Shown here one piece after another: positions 37,670-40,672 of a stretch of 40,672 nt of DNA (its first letter is position 1; each line of letters opens with the position of its first letter). Under the pieces are notes generated by a model. That model did no database searches, was not told the origin of the DNA, and was given only the letters and a program-made list of their open reading frames with translations. The translations under genes were made by a program, and so were the position numbers. The stretch covers positions 1-40,672 of the forward strand of contig JAIUNA010000001.1 of assembly GCA_022565265.1 (NCBI GenBank), written 5' to 3'. Origin of the DNA: Roseinatronobacter sp. GTDB lineage: Bacteria; Pseudomonadota; Alphaproteobacteria; Rhodobacterales; Rhodobacteraceae.

Positions 37670-38669
37670 TGTTCTTTTAACCGTATCCGGGCTGACGCGG
37701 CGCTTTGATGTGTCAAAACCGCTTCTGAACCGAGTGATAGAACGCGAGCAAAAGCAGTTTCTGACAGCCACCGCCGATGTGAATTTTGAAATCCGGCGGG
37801 GTGAGACATTTGCCCTTGTGGGCGAAAGCGGCTCTGGCAAATCCACTATCGCAAAGATGATCGTTGGCCTGCTCGAACCCTCTGCGGGCGAGATACGTTT
37901 TGACGGCAAGGTGATGGATTTCGCCTCTGGCGCGGCCATGCGCCAATTGCGCCGCCGCTTTCAGATGATCTTTCAAGACCCGTTTGCAAGCCTCAATCCG
38001 CGCTGGCGTGTGGGGGATATCATTGCAGAGCCAATCCGCACGTTCGGGCTTTTACGGGGGGCCGCTATCTCGAATGAAGTTGGGCGGTTGCTAGAGCTTG
38101 TTGGCCTGTCGCGCGCGGATATCGAAAAATTCCCGCATGAATTCTCAGGCGGGCAGCGCCAGCGGATAGCGATTGCGCGCGCCTTGTCCTCCAAGCCCGA
38201 ATTCATTGTCTGTGATGAACCCACATCGGCATTGGATGTGTCGGTTCAGGCGCAAATCCTGAACCTGATGCGCGATCTGCAAGATGAATTCGGCCTGACC
38301 TATCTGCTGATAAGCCATGATCTGAGTGTGGTGCGCCATATGTCAAATCGTATTGGCGTGCTTTATCTGGGCCGGTTGGTTGAAGTGGCAGAGGCCAAGC
38401 GCCTGTTTCTGGAACCGCAGCACCCCTATACGCGCATGCTGTTGGATGCTGTGCCGGATCTGGCCTTGTCAGGGCGCAGGCGAACACCTGTCACTGGGGA
38501 AATCCCCAATCCAATCAATCCACCCTCTGGCTGCACTTTCCATCCGCGCTGTCAGCATGTCATGGCGCGATGCCGCAGCGATATTCCTGTATCCACCGCT
38601 ACCGCGACTGGCGAGGCCGCGTGTCACCTTCTTGTACCAGAGCCAATCCGCGAGCCACAGAATTCATAG
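37662..38669 (+). CDS. Peptide ABC transporter ATP-binding protein (DppF-like)
   Basis: GESGSGKST, FSGGQRQR, CDEPTSALD, GCTFHPRC. AAGGAG RBS before ATG 37662. Confidence 0.95.
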   Translation: MSDVLLTVSGLTRRFDVSKPLLNRVIEREQKQFLTATADVNFEIRRGETFALVGESGSGKSTIAKMIVGLLEPSAGEIRFDGKVMDFASGAAMRQLRRRFQMIFQDPFASLNPRWRVGDIIAEPIRTFGLLRGAAISNEVGRLLELVGLSRADIEKFPHEFSGGQRQRIAIARALSSKPEFIVCDEPTSALDVSVQAQILNLMRDLQDEFGLTYLLISHDLSVVRHMSNRIGVLYLGRLVEVAEAKRLFLEPQHPYTRMLLDAVPDLALSGRRRTPVTGEIPNPINPPSGCTFHPRCQHVMARCRSDIPVSTATATGEAACHLLVPEPIREPQNS

Positions 38670-38681
38670 CGCTGCCCGATC

Positions 38682-40649
38682 TCAAAACCGGGAATTGACC
38701 ACTTCCAGGCGGCGCTGAGCTGCGGGAGCTGATTTTTGCAGTGCTGTCCATGCCACATCATGCACCACATCGTCATTCGGGCGATATTCCAGCGGCGCAT
38801 AGAGAAAGATATCCCGGATACGTTCCAGATCAAAAGACTGGCACGCCCGCCACAACCGATCCATGATCATATCCAATTCGGCCAGCGGAATGGCAATCTC
38901 TGTTGCTGTCAATATTCTTGGATGGGCTGTTCCCATTGGATCATTGCCAAGCAGCAGTTCTTCATACAGCTTTTCGCCCTTGCTCAGCCCTACAATCTGG
39001 ATGGCAATATCCCCGCGTGCGGCGTCTTTCTGATCTGTGCCTTCCAAGAGATAGGGCTTGAGGCCGTGAAGCCGGATCATGCTTTCAGCAAGATCAAGGA
39101 TTTTCACAGGCTCGCCCATATCCAGCACAAAGACATCCCCGCCCCGTGCCATCGCACTGGCCTGAATCACAAGTTGCGAGGCCTCTGGGATTGTCATGAA
39201 AAACCGGGTGATCTCAGGATGGGTAACAGTGACAGGCCCACCCGCCTCGATCTGGGCGCGAAAGCGTGGGATCACCGAACCAGAAGAGCCAAGCACATTG
39301 CCAAACCGCACCATAGAAAACACGGTGCGCCCATTTTCGCGCGCCAGCGCCTGACATACCAGTTCTGCCATGCGCTTCGAAGCACCCATGAAATTTGTGG
39401 GCCGCACGGCCTTGTCGGTCGATATCAGGATAAAGTTCTCAACGCCCAGATCGCGCGCGGCCTCTGCCAGTACTCTGGTGCCAAAGACGTTGTTGCGAAT
39501 TCCCTCAACCACATTCTCTTCCACCAGCAACACATGTTTGTAGGCCGCTGCATGATAAACAGTCTGCACCTTGAAGGCACGCAACACGCCCCGCACGCGC
39601 TCCGGGTGCTGCACCGACCCAAGAATCGCCTCAATCGGAAAGGACAAACCCGCGCGCGCGGCAGTTTCGCGCAATTCCATGGCAATCTGGTAAAGTGCGT
39701 ATTCCGAAACCTCGAACAGGATAAGTGCAGAGGGGTTTTGCAAGATAATCTGGCGGCACAACTCACTTCCGATAGAGCCGCCAGCACCCGTGACCATCAC
39801 AACCTTCCCACCAATGTTGCGCCCCATAAGATCAGCCGATGGGGGTACAGGATCACGGCCCAACAAATCTTCGGGGCATACTTCACGCAGATCCGCGAAA
39901 GACGCCTTGCCAGAGATGATATCTTGCATGCCGGGGATTGTCTTGATTTCTACGCGCAGCGATTCAAGCTGTGTCACAATCTCGCGCCGCCGCGCCCGGC
40001 TGGCACTTGGAATGGCCAGCAAGATGGATTGAACCTGCTCTTTTTCAATCAATTTTTTCGCATGTTCTGGCGCATAAACGCGCTTGCCACCGATGACCGA
40101 ACGCTGAAGTTCCGGATCGTCATCCAGAAACGCGATGATCCTATAGTCCTGCGCATGGTGCAGCGCATCGAGCAATTGCCGGCCCGACATGCCCGCACCA
40201 TAAATCAGGACGGGCGCGCGCCTGTGCAATTTGGGCTGGCGCAAAACCATCTGCACGACAAAGCGCACGCCCCCAAGTGACAGGAATGCCAATAGCGCGA
40301 AAATGCCCGGAACCGAGCGCGGCACTGGGGCTGTCATAACTACCCCCGCCAGAAGAAGCGCAAGCGCAGCAATGACCACCCCGAACGCCACAGCGCGCAG
40401 TGACTGCAAGGTGATATAGCGGATTAAAGCCTTATAAAGCCCAATGCGTGCAAAGGCCATAATCGCGATCGGCAGCACGGGCACCAGCACCACCCAGACC
40501 TTTGGCTCAAACACGAAGGCAAAGCTTTCCAGCCTCAGCGCCATGGCAAGAGCAAAACTCAAGACCAACAGAACACAATCAGCCAGAATCTGCAGGCCAG
40601 GTTTGGTAGCCCGGTTTGCAGAAAGAAGCAGCGCCAAAACCCCATTCAT
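38682..40649 (-). CDS. Polysaccharide biosynthesis nucleotide-sugar dehydratase (CapD/WbpM/PglF family)
   Basis: Four N-terminal TM segments, CoA-binding-like domain, TGAGGSIG, HAAAYKH, STDKAVRPTNFMGASK, RFGNVLGSSGSV, GEKLYEEL. Confidence 0.95.
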   Translation of the reverse strand: MNGVLALLLSANRATKPGLQILADCVLLVLSFALAMALRLESFAFVFEPKVWVVLVPVLPIAIMAFARIGLYKALIRYITLQSLRAVAFGVVIAALALLLAGVVMTAPVPRSVPGIFALLAFLSLGGVRFVVQMVLRQPKLHRRAPVLIYGAGMSGRQLLDALHHAQDYRIIAFLDDDPELQRSVIGGKRVYAPEHAKKLIEKEQVQSILLAIPSASRARRREIVTQLESLRVEIKTIPGMQDIISGKASFADLREVCPEDLLGRDPVPPSADLMGRNIGGKVVMVTGAGGSIGSELCRQIILQNPSALILFEVSEYALYQIAMELRETAARAGLSFPIEAILGSVQHPERVRGVLRAFKVQTVYHAAAYKHVLLVEENVVEGIRNNVFGTRVLAEAARDLGVENFILISTDKAVRPTNFMGASKRMAELVCQALARENGRTVFSMVRFGNVLGSSGSVIPRFRAQIEAGGPVTVTHPEITRFFMTIPEASQLVIQASAMARGGDVFVLDMGEPVKILDLAESMIRLHGLKPYLLEGTDQKDAARGDIAIQIVGLSKGEKLYEELLLGNDPMGTAHPRILTATEIAIPLAELDMIMDRLWRACQSFDLERIRDIFLYAPLEYRPNDDVVHDVAWTALQKSAPAAQRRLEVVNSRF

Positions 40650-40672
40650 CCTTAAACGCCCCTAGATCAAAC

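Noticed and set aside
36239-40280. 566-aa minus-strand and 514-aa plus-strand ORFs
   Set aside because: Antisense to well-supported dpp and capD-like genes.
1-40672. CRISPR arrays, tRNA/rRNA genes, IS elements, prophage genes
   Set aside because: No repeat-spacer periodicity, structural RNA signature, transposase or integrase recognised by eye; a covariance-model scan was not possible.

Overview
GC-rich alphaproteobacterial chromosomal window; gene content and protein style suggest Rhodobacteraceae/Paracoccaceae (inference). Left to right: an HNH endonuclease running off the left edge (missing from the ORF track), a carboxylesterase, an AlkA-like glycosylase, an MFS transporter, a TbpB-barrel lipoprotein, coaD and a LysE exporter. 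Next is a three-gene transglutaminase / DUF2126 amidoligase / circularly permuted ATP-grasp-alpha-E operon. A nine-gene chemosensory operon follows (STAS-cheY-cheA-cheW-mcp-cheW-cheR-cheB plus a soluble protein with two degenerate chemoreceptor tips). After a gene-free gap of about 870 bp come an orphan TAXI binding protein and RidA. These are divergent from a nine-gene uptake and catabolism operon (NMT1-type ABC transporter, deaminase, FAD oxidoreductase, two flavodoxin-like reductases, 2OG-Fe(II) oxygenase, creatininase-like hydrolase), probably for an N-heterocycle such as a pterin or purine derivative. A Dpp/Opp-type ABC operon and a CapD/PglF-like dehydratase end the window. No rRNA, tRNA, CRISPR array or mobile element was recognised. 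The best leads are the heterocycle operon, the peptide-ligase/transglutaminase operon, the double-tip chemoreceptor-like protein, NtrC-like boxes at three loci and tandem NrdR-like boxes before the HNH gene. Several odd substitutions in conserved motifs suggest base-call errors, so single-residue claims need caution. All family calls come from motif recognition, not database searches.
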